Source: an uncultured delta proteobacterium
GTDB lineage: Bacteria > Desulfobacterota > RBG-13-43-22
NCBI GenBank assembly: GCA_963711835.1
Contig: CAVQFQ010000021.1
Span: 32,001 to 96,000 of the forward strand
Length of the DNA stretch: 64,000 bases
Direction of reading: 5' to 3'
Part shown: positions 18,857-28,788 of the stretch, piece after piece
How positions within the stretch are numbered: position 1 is the first letter of the stretch
Layout of the letters: every line of letters begins with the position of its first letter
The notes under the pieces: generated by a model
Seen by the model: the letters and a program-made list of their open reading frames with translations, nothing else
What the model was told of the DNA's origin: nothing
The model's database searches: none
Translations under genes and position numbers: made by a program

Positions 18857-19366
18857 CTAATTTTTATTTACTGTACCCTTTTGGCTTAATGGTCTAACCT
18901 TGGATCCTGGAACTATCTCCAGTCGATCAATGCCATGGACTTCGAATTCTTCCATGTATCTAATACGATATGGTTCTTCTTTCTTGACCCGAGCCATTGG
19001 ATCAAGGGCCAGGTATTTTTTCTCTCCTAATTCACGATAAAGATCCCGTGCTACAAGACGCTCGATCAATTCATCCCAGAAACTGTCGTTTTCAAATTCT
19101 TCAATATAGTCCATCGAAGGATTCGTTTTTTCAAACTCCAGAGTCGGAAAATAGCTCTGCAATTCCGGGTCATAGTCAACCAAGTGGCCGTTTCCAAAGT
19201 CTTTGGCCAGACCGCAAATTTTCTGTTCTAAATCCCGATAGGGCTTGGTCTCCTCCGGCTCATCGATCTTGTGGGCATAGAGGATCCACTCAGCCATTTC
19301 AATCATTTCAAATAGGGTTTTAAATTCACTTTTTGTGATCTCGATTTTCATCTTACTTTTCCTCAT
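18857..19366 (-). CDS. Hypothetical protein
   Basis: 169-aa acidic ORF filling the gap between convergent genes; no motif recognised. Confidence 0.65.
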   Translation of the reverse strand: MRKSKMKIEITKSEFKTLFEMIEMAEWILYAHKIDEPEETKPYRDLEQKICGLAKDFGNGHLVDYDPELQSYFPTLEFEKTNPSMDYIEEFENDSFWDELIERLVARDLYRELGEKKYLALDPMARVKKEEPYRIRYMEEFEVHGIDRLEIVPGSKVRPLSQKGTVNKN

Positions 19367-19428
19367 GAATTGGGAGGGATGAAGTTAGGGCAATTTTTGG
19401 AAACCCACCCCTACCTGTTCATTATTTT

Positions 19429-21453
19429 CTATTTTCTAAATTCCGGCTTCCTTTTTTCCAGAAAGGCCGAGATGCCCTCCCTGGCCGCATCAGTGCAGGC
19501 GATCTCCCCGAAGCCCTGATAACCAATCTCCAGGGCCTCCGCCAGGGTTTCGGCCTTGGCAGCCGCCTGGATCGTTTTCATGGTAATGGCAACGGCCTCC
19601 CTGCTCAAAGGCCGTTTGCCGGCCAGAGGAGGATCGGGAAGCTGAAATTCAGGCAGATCCACCCTGCCCTCGGGAATCCTTTCAATCTTTCCCTGGAGGT
19701 TCTTGACCTCTTCAACAGCCATTTCAATCATCCCGGCATAATCATCGGCCAATTTTTTAACCAGCCCCACCTCCGCGGCCTCCTTGGCCGGGATGGGTCT
19801 GGCCAGGCAGATCATTTCATGAAAAAGCTTTGCCCCCTGAGGCCAGCGGCGATATGGCACGACGCAGCCGCCGATTCCGGGCAGGATGCCCAGGGTAATT
19901 TCCGGGAATTGAAAGGTGGATTTCCGGGTAGCCACGATGCCGTGGCAGCGCAGGGCCACTTCCAGACCGCCGCCCATGGCAAAACCGTTTACCGCAGCTA
20001 CCACCGGCTTGTCCATCTGATCCATGAAGCGTTGGACCTTGGCGCAATCCCGACTATACTGAACTGCGGCCTCCTTGTCGCCCAGCATCTCAGGGAATTT
20101 TCCGATGTCCGCCCCGGCTGAAAAAGCCTGATTTCCATAACCGGTAATGACAAACCCTTTTACTCCCGGATCCTGGCTGTATTTCATAAGGACGGACAGG
20201 ATTTCATCGGTGATTACATCGCTCAGGGCGTTCATAGCCTGAGGCCGGCGGAGGGTAATGATTTTAACGCCTTCTATTTCATCCAGCAGCAGGTAACGGT
20301 TGAAGTCCAGATAATAAGAGAGACCCTGCCTGGCTGAAGGAAACCCCGGCCGGTCCTTCTGAAATCGGCTCATAATGCGATTGACTTCCTTTTCGCCCAA
20401 CTCCGCCATGATATCCAATACCCCTTTCCGAAAGCCGAGGGCTATCTGGCAGCCGAAGTTGAGGTCTTCCCGGGTCCCGATGCCGCGGTCTATGACGTCA
20501 AAGGCTTGCGAGAAAAGGATCCCCAGCAGCCGGTCCCGGATGGTCCCTTTCAAGGCCTCCGGCACCTCCACTTTAGCGCCCGGACGATGGGTCAGCCATT
20601 TCTCCACCGATCCCAGAATGGCAGCCGGTTTATAATGAGCGCCCTCTTCCATCTGGAGGGTGTTGGTTTCGATGATGATCGGATTTCCGTTGGCCAGATT
20701 CAGGACAAAGAACGGACCGGCGGAAACAAAGGCTTCGGCCACCTTGTCGATCTGGCCGGCGTTGGCCTGGTCCAGCAGATAGGCGGCATCGTTGCACCAG
20801 TTGTCGAAGATGCGGTCCAGCATAAAGCAAAGGGCATTATCCGTTACCATCGGGGCCTTGCCGGTAGCGGCAAAAAACCAGCAGAGCCAATCCACGGTAT
20901 CCGGATCGGCCCCCGGCCAGTTGATTACTTCCACGGGAAGGGAACGCCAGGCCGGGGCAAAAAAGTGAGTAATGGTGGTCCGTTCCTGACGTTTCATTTT
21001 GTTAAAGATCCGGTCGGCCGGGATGGAACTGGTATTGGAGGTAATGATCGCCTGGTCGCTGACGATGCCTTCTACTGTCTCAAAGATCTTTTGCTTGATC
21101 GGGATGCGCTCCGTAGCCGCTTCGATAACCAGGTCGCAGTTTTTAATCTGAGCGTAATCCTGGGTATAGAGGATGCCCCCCAGGACTTCCCGGGCCTTTT
21201 CCTCTTTCATCTTCTTCATGTCCAGGGCTTTTTGCACATATCCGGCCAGCCTCTTCTCGGCCTTTTTGAGGGGCTCATCGGCTACATCAACCAGATATAA
21301 CCGGATGCCGGGCAGGGCGCTCTTCAGGTAATAGCCGATGTCCGGGCCGATGGTCCCGGCGCCGATCACGGCGATTTCTTTGGGCAACGGCCTTTTCGGT
21401 TTCAGAAATAAGGGATTAAAAAACGAGGGGTAGAGTTTTTTCACTTGATCCAT
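19429..21453 (-). CDS. 3-hydroxyacyl-CoA dehydrogenase / enoyl-CoA hydratase fusion (HAD-ECH order)
   Basis: VIGAGTIG, VIEAATE, SNTSS, HFFAPA; C-terminal LRRPQAMNAL, FSAGADI, AMGGGLE, PEITLGILPGIGG. Confidence 0.92.
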   Translation of the reverse strand: MDQVKKLYPSFFNPLFLKPKRPLPKEIAVIGAGTIGPDIGYYLKSALPGIRLYLVDVADEPLKKAEKRLAGYVQKALDMKKMKEEKAREVLGGILYTQDYAQIKNCDLVIEAATERIPIKQKIFETVEGIVSDQAIITSNTSSIPADRIFNKMKRQERTTITHFFAPAWRSLPVEVINWPGADPDTVDWLCWFFAATGKAPMVTDNALCFMLDRIFDNWCNDAAYLLDQANAGQIDKVAEAFVSAGPFFVLNLANGNPIIIETNTLQMEEGAHYKPAAILGSVEKWLTHRPGAKVEVPEALKGTIRDRLLGILFSQAFDVIDRGIGTREDLNFGCQIALGFRKGVLDIMAELGEKEVNRIMSRFQKDRPGFPSARQGLSYYLDFNRYLLLDEIEGVKIITLRRPQAMNALSDVITDEILSVLMKYSQDPGVKGFVITGYGNQAFSAGADIGKFPEMLGDKEAAVQYSRDCAKVQRFMDQMDKPVVAAVNGFAMGGGLEVALRCHGIVATRKSTFQFPEITLGILPGIGGCVVPYRRWPQGAKLFHEMICLARPIPAKEAAEVGLVKKLADDYAGMIEMAVEEVKNLQGKIERIPEGRVDLPEFQLPDPPLAGKRPLSREAVAITMKTIQAAAKAETLAEALEIGYQGFGEIACTDAAREGISAFLEKRKPEFRK

Positions 21454-21641
21454 GGTTTGCCTCCTTAATGCACTTTATAAAAAGTTGAGATATATAAATC
21501 CGAAATTCGAAGCACGAAATCCGAAACAAATACAAATGACAAAAATTCAAATGTACTAAACAAGTTGAAGAGCCTGCCACGGAAAATACATTTTGCCCTT
21601 CCCCTTTCAGCTACGAGCTATGAGCTGTGAGCTATCAGCTT

Positions 21642-22556
21642 CTATAAGGCCCTCATCCATTCCGGCCTTAAGCCCACTTCCCCTTTAATGGCCCTGGCGA
21701 TCAAGCCCAGGGCCGGTTCTTTGCCTTCAGGGAAGCGCACCTTAATCGGCAGGTAATTGGAGGCATGGTTGGAATAAAAAAGACCCCGGGAAAGCCGGGT
21801 GGCGGCCAGCATCTCTCCCAACTCCAGCAGCAGTTCTTCCACCGTCAGGGGCTCGAATCTTCCCTCGGCCTGTTCCCGGCCCAGGTCGGTATTGGGTAGG
21901 ATCATAACCGTCAAGGCCCCCACGAAATTCGGATCCATTTCAGTCAACAGGCTGCCGGTAGCCCGGGCGTGTTCCAAGGACATTTCCTTTCCGGCGATAC
22001 CCAAAAGGACGGTGACGGACAGTTTAATCCCGGCTTCTTTGATCCTCTGCCCCTGAAGGATCAAATTCTCACGGCTGCTGCCCTTGCAAATCTTTTTAAG
22101 CAGTTCAGGGTGGCCGGTTTCCACCCCCAGATAAACGATTCCCAGCCCCAGGGCCTTCAGTTGCCGCAGTTCATCATCGCTTTTCATCTTGATGCTTTTG
22201 GCGTTGGCGTAGAGCCCCACCCTCTTGACCCAGGGCAGATGCTCCCTTATCCGTTCCAGAATCCAGACCAGCCTTTTCTGGGGGATAATCAGGGCATCGC
22301 CGTCCATCAGGAAAACCCGGTCCTGGCGCCGGCAGATTCTCGCGGCAAACAGGATATCTTTCAATATCCTTTCTTCGGATTTGATCCGGAAGCGCTTTTC
22401 CTTATAGGTTCCGCAAAAGGAACACTTATTGTGGGAACAGCCGACCGTGACCTGAAGCAGGATGCTGAAGGCCTCGCTCGGCGGCCGGATGACCATGCCT
22501 TCATATTCCATCTCATCGTCTTGTACTTCATCAACCATGGGAGCTTTCTCCTTCAA
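21642..22556 (-). CDS. Radical SAM protein
   Basis: YEGMVIRPPSEA..LQVTVGCSHNKCSFC (CxxxCxxC), SNHASNYL; start may be ~22538. Confidence 0.9.
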   Translation of the reverse strand: MKEKAPMVDEVQDDEMEYEGMVIRPPSEAFSILLQVTVGCSHNKCSFCGTYKEKRFRIKSEERILKDILFAARICRRQDRVFLMDGDALIIPQKRLVWILERIREHLPWVKRVGLYANAKSIKMKSDDELRQLKALGLGIVYLGVETGHPELLKKICKGSSRENLILQGQRIKEAGIKLSVTVLLGIAGKEMSLEHARATGSLLTEMDPNFVGALTVMILPNTDLGREQAEGRFEPLTVEELLLELGEMLAATRLSRGLFYSNHASNYLPIKVRFPEGKEPALGLIARAIKGEVGLRPEWMRAL

Positions 22557-22846
22557 GATGAACTCATTTCACTTCCGATTACTTACCATATCTCCGGGTA
22601 AGGAATAAATAGAATAAGAGGTTCCCCTTTCGATGATTTCATCTTCAGCCGTAACGTAATTTTACTCCGTTAGCCCTCCGCTTGAAGACATTTTTTGTTA
22701 TTTTTCGCAATTTTTTTGTCCCCCGGCGTCCTTGAAGCAACAAAAGTTGGCCTTTGACGAATTCCGTCCTGTTGAAAATGGTTTTGCATTTCTATAACTA
22801 TTCATTATTTCACGTAAATTTACTTATACCGTCCAGTTCTTTTCCT

Positions 22847-22861
22847 TGGTGTTTTTCTTGC
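22847..22861 (+). promoter_or_regulatory. Possible sigma54 (-24/-12) promoter of the pilin operon
   Basis: TGG-N8-TTGC spacing (tggtgtttttcttgc) about 60 nt before the fimT-like ATG; CAC positions not conserved. Confidence 0.35.
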
Positions 22862-22922
22862 AAGGATTTAAGTCGAATCTATTAATTTTTTCAACGCCCT
22901 GGGGTGACTGATCTACAGGTTT

Positions 22923-23495
22923 ATGAATTTTTATCGTAACGAATCCTTATCCCTTGATTTTAGAAATCCTCCCCCAGGCCCACCGATCCTTTCAGGCCGT
23001 GACAACCGGCAAGGCTGGACCCTTATTGAAATGCTGACCATTATTGCGGTCATTGGTATTATCGCCGCTATCGGCATCCCTAATTTTTCAAACTGGATTC
23101 ACAGCTTTCGCTTAAAAAATGCCGCCAGTGATATGATGTCCAATCTTCATAAGGCCCGAATGAGAGCGATCAGTCAGAATAGCAACTGTGTGGTGTCCTT
23201 TGATCTGACCGGTTCCGGGAGTTATCTCCTGTTTATGGACGACGGCGCGGGAGGAGGCACAGCCAAAAACGGCCTAAGAGACGGCTCTGAAGAACTGATC
23301 AAGAGTGTTTCTCCGGCCACCGATAATCCCGGCATTGCCTTAATCGGCGTCACCTTAGACGGGTCCTCCGCCTATGGGTTTACCCCCATGGGGTTGTCTT
23401 TCGCCAACCGCTCCGGATCCGTAGTTTTTCAAAATCAAAGCGGCACAACACGCCAGGTCGATCTTTCGGCCGGGGGAAATATCAGCCTTCATTGA
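22923..23495 (+). CDS. fimT: FimT/GspH-family minor pilin
   Basis: Class III signal RQG|WTLIEML..., LHKARMRAI, GFTPMG. Confidence 0.85.
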   Translation: MNFYRNESLSLDFRNPPPGPPILSGRDNRQGWTLIEMLTIIAVIGIIAAIGIPNFSNWIHSFRLKNAASDMMSNLHKARMRAISQNSNCVVSFDLTGSGSYLLFMDDGAGGGTAKNGLRDGSEELIKSVSPATDNPGIALIGVTLDGSSAYGFTPMGLSFANRSGSVVFQNQSGTTRQVDLSAGGNISLH

Positions 23496-23503
23496 GGTCG
23501 GGT

Positions 23504-23863
23504 ATGGGATTTAGAAAGAAGCGTAACCAAAAAGGATTTACCATATTGGAGGTTTTGATTGCCGTCTCGGTCTTCTCCTTTGCCTTGCTGGCCCTGGCCC
23601 AAATGCAGATTATGGCTATTCAAACCAATGCCACCAGCCAGCAGCGAACCACGGCCATCACCTTGGCCCAGGATAAAATGGAAATTTTAAAAAGGCTTCC
23701 TTATACCCAGATCGGCACCGGCAACGACGTTTCCGGCCTGTTTGCCCGAAGCTGGAATGTACAGAACGATTTCCCATCGAGCGGGATGAAAACCATAAAC
23801 CTCACGGTGAGCTGGGCCGCGGGTTCCAAGGCAGTAACGCTGCAGACCATGGTTACCCAATGA
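23504..23863 (+). CDS. pilV: PilV-like minor pilin
   Basis: QKG|FTILEVLIAV, AITLAQDKMEILK, LTVSW. Confidence 0.85.
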   Translation: MGFRKKRNQKGFTILEVLIAVSVFSFALLALAQMQIMAIQTNATSQQRTTAITLAQDKMEILKRLPYTQIGTGNDVSGLFARSWNVQNDFPSSGMKTINLTVSWAAGSKAVTLQTMVTQ

Positions 23864-24828
23864 AAAAAAGATTTCCTTTTAAACCTGCGGCCATAAAAAA
23901 ATTGTTTAAAAACTCAGGGTTTACCCTGGTTGAATTATTGGTGGCCATGTCCCTGAGCGGGATTATTGTTTCGGCGGTCTATAGCTTATTTATTCATCAA
24001 AACAAGAGTTTCATCGTTCAAGGGCAGGTGACCGAGATACAACAAAATCTCCGAGGTGCTTTGGAGATTATGGGCTTGGATATCAAGATGGCCGGCTTTG
24101 GATTTTCAACGACCGGAACAGCCTCCTACTATAACGGCAGCGGGATTGTCACTTTAAAATCGGTCGTGCCGACCAACAGCACTAACGGCCCGGATAGTAT
24201 TCAAATCAGTTACGGAGATAACGCCCTCAAAACAAAACTAAGCGAACCCGCACTTAAGGCCACCCACTCCGCTCCCCTGTCGGTGGATAATACAGCCGGC
24301 TTTCAGGTGAACGATATCATCCTCCTCAGCGATGGGACCAATGCTTCCTTATTACAGATAACGGGCATCAATACTTCGCAGCTCCTGCATGCCTCGGTCT
24401 CGGGCAATCTCAACCCCCCGGCGGGCATGGATTTTTTTCCCAGGGACTACGTGAAAGGGAGTTGGGTCTATAAATTAAAAAATGGTTCCTATCGGATTAC
24501 TAATGCCAACCCCAACCATCCCCGTTTGGAAGTGAACTGGGGTGGAGCCTGGACCGGCGGAACCTTTCAATCCCTGGCCGAAGATATCGAAGATCTCCAG
24601 ATTGCCTACCGGGATGATGTCGGTATCTGGCATTATACGCTCTCCAACAGCACACCGCCCGGAAATATTCGAGATGTCCGGCTCAATCTGGTCGGCAGGT
24701 CCAGAGGACTGGACCCGGTTTTTTCAGGACGGCGGCCTGCGCTGGAGGACCGTCCCAGCGGTATTTTGGACAACCTGCGCAGGAGAACCTTAACCACCAC
24801 CTTCATGATCAGGAATTTGGGGATTTAG
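23860..24828 (+). CDS. pilW: PilW-like minor pilin
   Basis: NSG|FTLVELLVAM, QQNLRGALEIMGLDIKMAGF, LAEDIEDLQIAY. Confidence 0.85.
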   Translation: MKKRFPFKPAAIKKLFKNSGFTLVELLVAMSLSGIIVSAVYSLFIHQNKSFIVQGQVTEIQQNLRGALEIMGLDIKMAGFGFSTTGTASYYNGSGIVTLKSVVPTNSTNGPDSIQISYGDNALKTKLSEPALKATHSAPLSVDNTAGFQVNDIILLSDGTNASLLQITGINTSQLLHASVSGNLNPPAGMDFFPRDYVKGSWVYKLKNGSYRITNANPNHPRLEVNWGGAWTGGTFQSLAEDIEDLQIAYRDDVGIWHYTLSNSTPPGNIRDVRLNLVGRSRGLDPVFSGRRPALEDRPSGILDNLRRRTLTTTFMIRNLGI

Positions 24829-24830
24829 AG

Positions 24831-26540
24831 ATGAATGACTTCAGGGATTCCAAAGGGTTTAAGACCCTCAACAACAATAAAGGAAGCGCCTTAATCATTG
24901 CTTTGGCCGTCATGACCATCCTGTTGCTGATCGGCGGGGCCGGCCTGTTGATGTCCAATCAGGAGACCCAGATCTCCGGGAACGGGGTCCTGGTTAAAAA
25001 AGCCTTTTATGCCGCCGAAGCCGGAACGGAATATGGCTTGTCCAACCTGCGGGGTTTGCTTCAGAACACCCTCTACCCGACCATTAACATCCCGGCACCG
25101 ACTATGGCGGGCTATGCCATCGAGGATTTTTCAGTCGTTAAACTCAATGCCACTCCCGTTCAGATGGATATTAACCAAGGCACCTATCGAGGCTTACAGG
25201 CCTTCCTCACCCGATACGAAATTAAAACCAAAGCCAGGGTGAACAACTCCAACACAAATGCCAGCGTCGGCCTGCTGGTGGATGATCAGCTTATCCCCAT
25301 TTTTCAATTCGGGATTTTTTATTACAACGACCTGGAAATGATCCCCGGAGCCCGCATGGATTATTCCGGGGGCCGGATCCATTCCAACCATGATATTTAC
25401 CTCCAGGCCAATGGGACCACCTTTAACATTAACGCCCCGATCACCACCGCCGGAGATATCATCAACGGGCAAAAAGACGGCACCGCCCGTTCCACAGGGA
25501 CGGTTCAGATCATGGACGGGAAAAACCCTCCCGCCTATCAAACCCTGAATATCGATAGTCGTACCGCCGATTGGGCCAATCTGGCCATTAACCGATGGGA
25601 TTATCAGGTTCAAACCAAAGACCATGATATCTTTCCGATCACCTTGCCTCTTCCCTCCTCCAGCAACACCATCGATATTATCAAACGAGGACAGGCAAGC
25701 GATCCGTCATTACTCAGAGAAAGCCGGTTGTACTGGAAAGCCGGGTTGAGAATTTTGGATGGGGTGGCCTATGACAAAAATGGAAATGTAGTTAACCTAA
25801 GCTATAATGACAGCGGTGTAATCAAGAATCCCATTTCTACTCATACTATGTATGACCAGCGCGAAGGGAAAACCATGCAGGTCACCCAGGTGGACGTGGA
25901 CATATTGACGAACCCGTTATACCCTTGGCTGGCTAAAATAAATGACCCGCCCAGCGGCGGCGACCCCGGTATTTTTTATATCTCCGAAACCCCCTCGGTC
26001 AACCCGGCTGAAATTAACGCCGTACGCCTGGTTAATGGATCGGTCATCCCGGCCACCGGGCTTACGGTGGCCACCGACAATCCCCTTTATATTCAAGGCG
26101 ACTATAATAACCCCGCCAACAGGCCTGCGGCCGTAGCGGCCGATGCCGTTACGGTCCTTTCCAAAAGCTGGAACAGCACCAGCGATAGCACCTCCAGCTT
26201 TGAAAATAATCTCAGCCACCGGGTTGCTGCCGCCACGACAGTTAATGCCGCTCTGCTCACGGGAAACCGGGAAAGCGCTTCCGGAGGACAATACAGCGGA
26301 GGCATAGAAAATTTCATCCGGTTCCTGGAGAATTGGACCGGGAAGCCCTTTACCTATAAAGGCTCCCTGGTTTGTCTCTGGCAAAGCGAGCAAGTGACCG
26401 GCAATTGGCGATACGGCTCTCCTGTTTATACCGCCCCGAACCGCGTCTGGTCCTATGGTATCGATCCTGCGCATTTGCCTCCGGGCACTCCCCGGGTTCG
26501 CTACATGCAGCGGATCCAGTGGTATCAGACCTTAAATTAG
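24831..26540 (+). CDS. pilX: PilX-like minor pilin with large C-terminal domain
   Basis: KG|SALIIAL (no E5), KAFYAAEAG, IHSNHDIY, YSGGIENFIRFLENW. Confidence 0.8.
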   Translation: MNDFRDSKGFKTLNNNKGSALIIALAVMTILLLIGGAGLLMSNQETQISGNGVLVKKAFYAAEAGTEYGLSNLRGLLQNTLYPTINIPAPTMAGYAIEDFSVVKLNATPVQMDINQGTYRGLQAFLTRYEIKTKARVNNSNTNASVGLLVDDQLIPIFQFGIFYYNDLEMIPGARMDYSGGRIHSNHDIYLQANGTTFNINAPITTAGDIINGQKDGTARSTGTVQIMDGKNPPAYQTLNIDSRTADWANLAINRWDYQVQTKDHDIFPITLPLPSSSNTIDIIKRGQASDPSLLRESRLYWKAGLRILDGVAYDKNGNVVNLSYNDSGVIKNPISTHTMYDQREGKTMQVTQVDVDILTNPLYPWLAKINDPPSGGDPGIFYISETPSVNPAEINAVRLVNGSVIPATGLTVATDNPLYIQGDYNNPANRPAAVAADAVTVLSKSWNSTSDSTSSFENNLSHRVAAATTVNAALLTGNRESASGGQYSGGIENFIRFLENWTGKPFTYKGSLVCLWQSEQVTGNWRYGSPVYTAPNRVWSYGIDPAHLPPGTPRVRYMQRIQWYQTLN

Positions 26541-26566
26541 CCCGGGGGTTCAATCAAGGAGGCAAC

Positions 26567-28531
26567 GTGAAAATTCTGCGTGTTGGCGGTCTTTCTGCTC
26601 TCTTACTCTTGGCCTTCGTTGTTTTGGTGTTTGCGCCGGCGGCGGCCAAGACGTCCGAAAAAGCGACTGCCCACCAGAGACCTGCCGATCTATCGGACCT
26701 GCCGGTCTCAACCCAGGCCCCTATTTCCGCTGCTCTGGGCCAGGATAACCCGGCCTATCATTTTCAGCCCATTGCCGACGGCTGGCGAGCCCGGCAAATG
26801 CGTCAGGGATTGGAAATCGATCTGGAGGCTGACGGTCTGGTGCTGCGCACCGCTGACCACCGATTAGCCCTGAAACTGGTGGCTTGGGGAAACCCTAAGG
26901 GGCTCCGGCTGGTATCGCCGTCCCTGCCCCAGACCACGGCCAATCGCATCGCCTATGCCCATGGCCGGCTGACGGAATGGTACCTCAATGGACCCCTTGG
27001 TCTGGAGCAGGGTTTCAGTATTGAGTGCCCACCGGACACCCCCTCCGGATTATTGGAAGAGGATGGCCGTGGGCTGACCCTGGCCCTGGCCGTTACAACT
27101 GATTTGGACCTCAGGCTGGACGCTGATAAAAAAGGGATTACTTTGAGCCGTCCCCATGGCCCGGCCCTGCTTCGCTACGGAGGGCTGACCGCCTTTGATG
27201 CCGCCGGCAAGGAACTGCCGGCCTGGCTGGAGCTCGAAGGTGAGGCCTCCACAATACTCCATTTACACGTGGACGACCGGGGGGCTGTCTATCCGCTGAC
27301 GATTGACCCCTGGATTCAGTCCGCCAAACTGATTGACCCCAATGGGGCGGACTTCGACCAATTCGGGTACTCGGTGGCCGTCAGCGGAGACACGGCTGTA
27401 GTCGGGGCCTATGGCAACAACCTGTTCCACGGTGCGGCTTACGTCTTTGTTAGGCCCGTCTCCGGATGGGCTTCTATAGCCACTTTCTCCGCCAAACTGA
27501 CCGCCTCCGATGGGGCAGTCAATGATTATTTTGGTGTGTCGGTGGCCGTCAGCGGAGACACCGTTGTGGTCGGAGCGGATGGCAACCTTGGACGCGGTGC
27601 GGCTTACGTCTTTGTTAAGCCCGTCTCCGGCTGGGCCACCACATCCAATTTCTCCGCCAAACTGACCACCTCCGATGGGGAAGACAACGACCGATTCGGG
27701 TACTCGGTGGCTATCAGCGGGGACACCGCCCTGGTCGGAGCCTATGGTGCCGGCCTAATACGGGGTGCCGCTTATGTCTTTGTTAGTCCCGTCTCCGGCT
27801 GGGCCACTACCTCCGCCTTCTCCGCCAAACTGACCGCTTCCGATGGGGTGGAGGATGACAATTTCGGTTTCTCGGCCGCCCTGAGCGGGGACACGGCTGT
27901 AGTCGCGGCCTATGGCCACAATCAGGGCTCCGGCGCCACTTACGTCTTTGTTAAGCCCATCTCCGGCTGGGCCACTACCTCCGCCTTCTCCGCCAAACTG
28001 ACCGCTTCCGATGGGGCCGCTGGGGACAATTTCGGCTTTTCGGCGGCCATCAGCAACGATACCGTCATAGTCGGGTCCCCTTACGATCAAATCATTAGCA
28101 ACTCCAGCCAGGGTTCGGCCTATGTCTTCGTCAAACCTCCAGGTGCCTGGGCCACCACTAATATCTTCAATGCCAAACTGACCGCTTCCGATGGAGCCGC
28201 CTATGACAATTTCGGCGTCTCGGTGGCCATCAGTGGCGACACCGTACTGGTCGGGGCCTACGGCAATGCTCTCAGTCGTGGGGCCGCTTATCTCTTCGAT
28301 AAACCGGTCACCGGCTGGACCACTACCAATAACTTCACAGCCAAGCTAACTGCTTCCGATGGGGCAACTGTTGACAATTTCGGCGTCTCGGTGGCCATCA
28401 GCGGCCTCACTGCCCTGGTCGGGGCCTACTATGATGATATCGGGACGAATACCGATCAAGGCTCGGCCTATGTATTTACATCAGGGACGCCGAGTTTTTT
28501 CTCGCTCTATCTGCCCTTAATTATGAAGTAA
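26567..28531 (+). CDS. Secreted FG-GAP-repeat (beta-propeller) adhesin with C-terminal YLPLIMK motif
   Basis: RBS aaggagg + GTG; signal peptide; EWYLNGPLGLEQGF; seven KLTASDG..D.FG.SVA.SGDT.VVGA...GAAYVF repeats. Confidence 0.85.
   Translation: MKILRVGGLSALLLLAFVVLVFAPAAAKTSEKATAHQRPADLSDLPVSTQAPISAALGQDNPAYHFQPIADGWRARQMRQGLEIDLEADGLVLRTADHRLALKLVAWGNPKGLRLVSPSLPQTTANRIAYAHGRLTEWYLNGPLGLEQGFSIECPPDTPSGLLEEDGRGLTLALAVTTDLDLRLDADKKGITLSRPHGPALLRYGGLTAFDAAGKELPAWLELEGEASTILHLHVDDRGAVYPLTIDPWIQSAKLIDPNGADFDQFGYSVAVSGDTAVVGAYGNNLFHGAAYVFVRPVSGWASIATFSAKLTASDGAVNDYFGVSVAVSGDTVVVGADGNLGRGAAYVFVKPVSGWATTSNFSAKLTTSDGEDNDRFGYSVAISGDTALVGAYGAGLIRGAAYVFVSPVSGWATTSAFSAKLTASDGVEDDNFGFSAALSGDTAVVAAYGHNQGSGATYVFVKPISGWATTSAFSAKLTASDGAAGDNFGFSAAISNDTVIVGSPYDQIISNSSQGSAYVFVKPPGAWATTNIFNAKLTASDGAAYDNFGVSVAISGDTVLVGAYGNALSRGAAYLFDKPVTGWTTTNNFTAKLTASDGATVDNFGVSVAISGLTALVGAYYDDIGTNTDQGSAYVFTSGTPSFFSLYLPLIMK
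27320..28480 (+). repeat. Intragenic ~165-180-bp tandem repeats (FG-GAP units)
   Basis: gccaaactgaccgc(c/t)tccgatggg recurs near 27490, 27655, 27825, 27990, 28170 and 28340. Confidence 0.85.
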
Positions 28532-28788
28532 CCGGGGGTCCCCCGGCAGAAATCGAAGCTGAGGAGATCTCTTAACTCTTCCAAATAGTACAAGTCCCCT
28601 CCCCCCATTCAAAAAAATTTTCATTCTTCTGATCTGTTTGCTGGTCGCCTATCATCCCTAAAAGCAAACCGCTCTATCTTGATTTCTGTTGACATCCTAA
28701 AAATTTTTCGGTAAAGGATAGTGAACTTGTTTGACGGCGATTGTGGATTTGTTCTTTTTGACTGATATCAACTGAATAGGAGGGTAAA

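Noticed and set aside
27320-28480. Regularly spaced DNA repeats as a CRISPR array or DGR
   Set aside because: They are in-frame FG-GAP coding repeats of ~165-180 bp, with no unique spacers, cas genes or reverse transcriptase.
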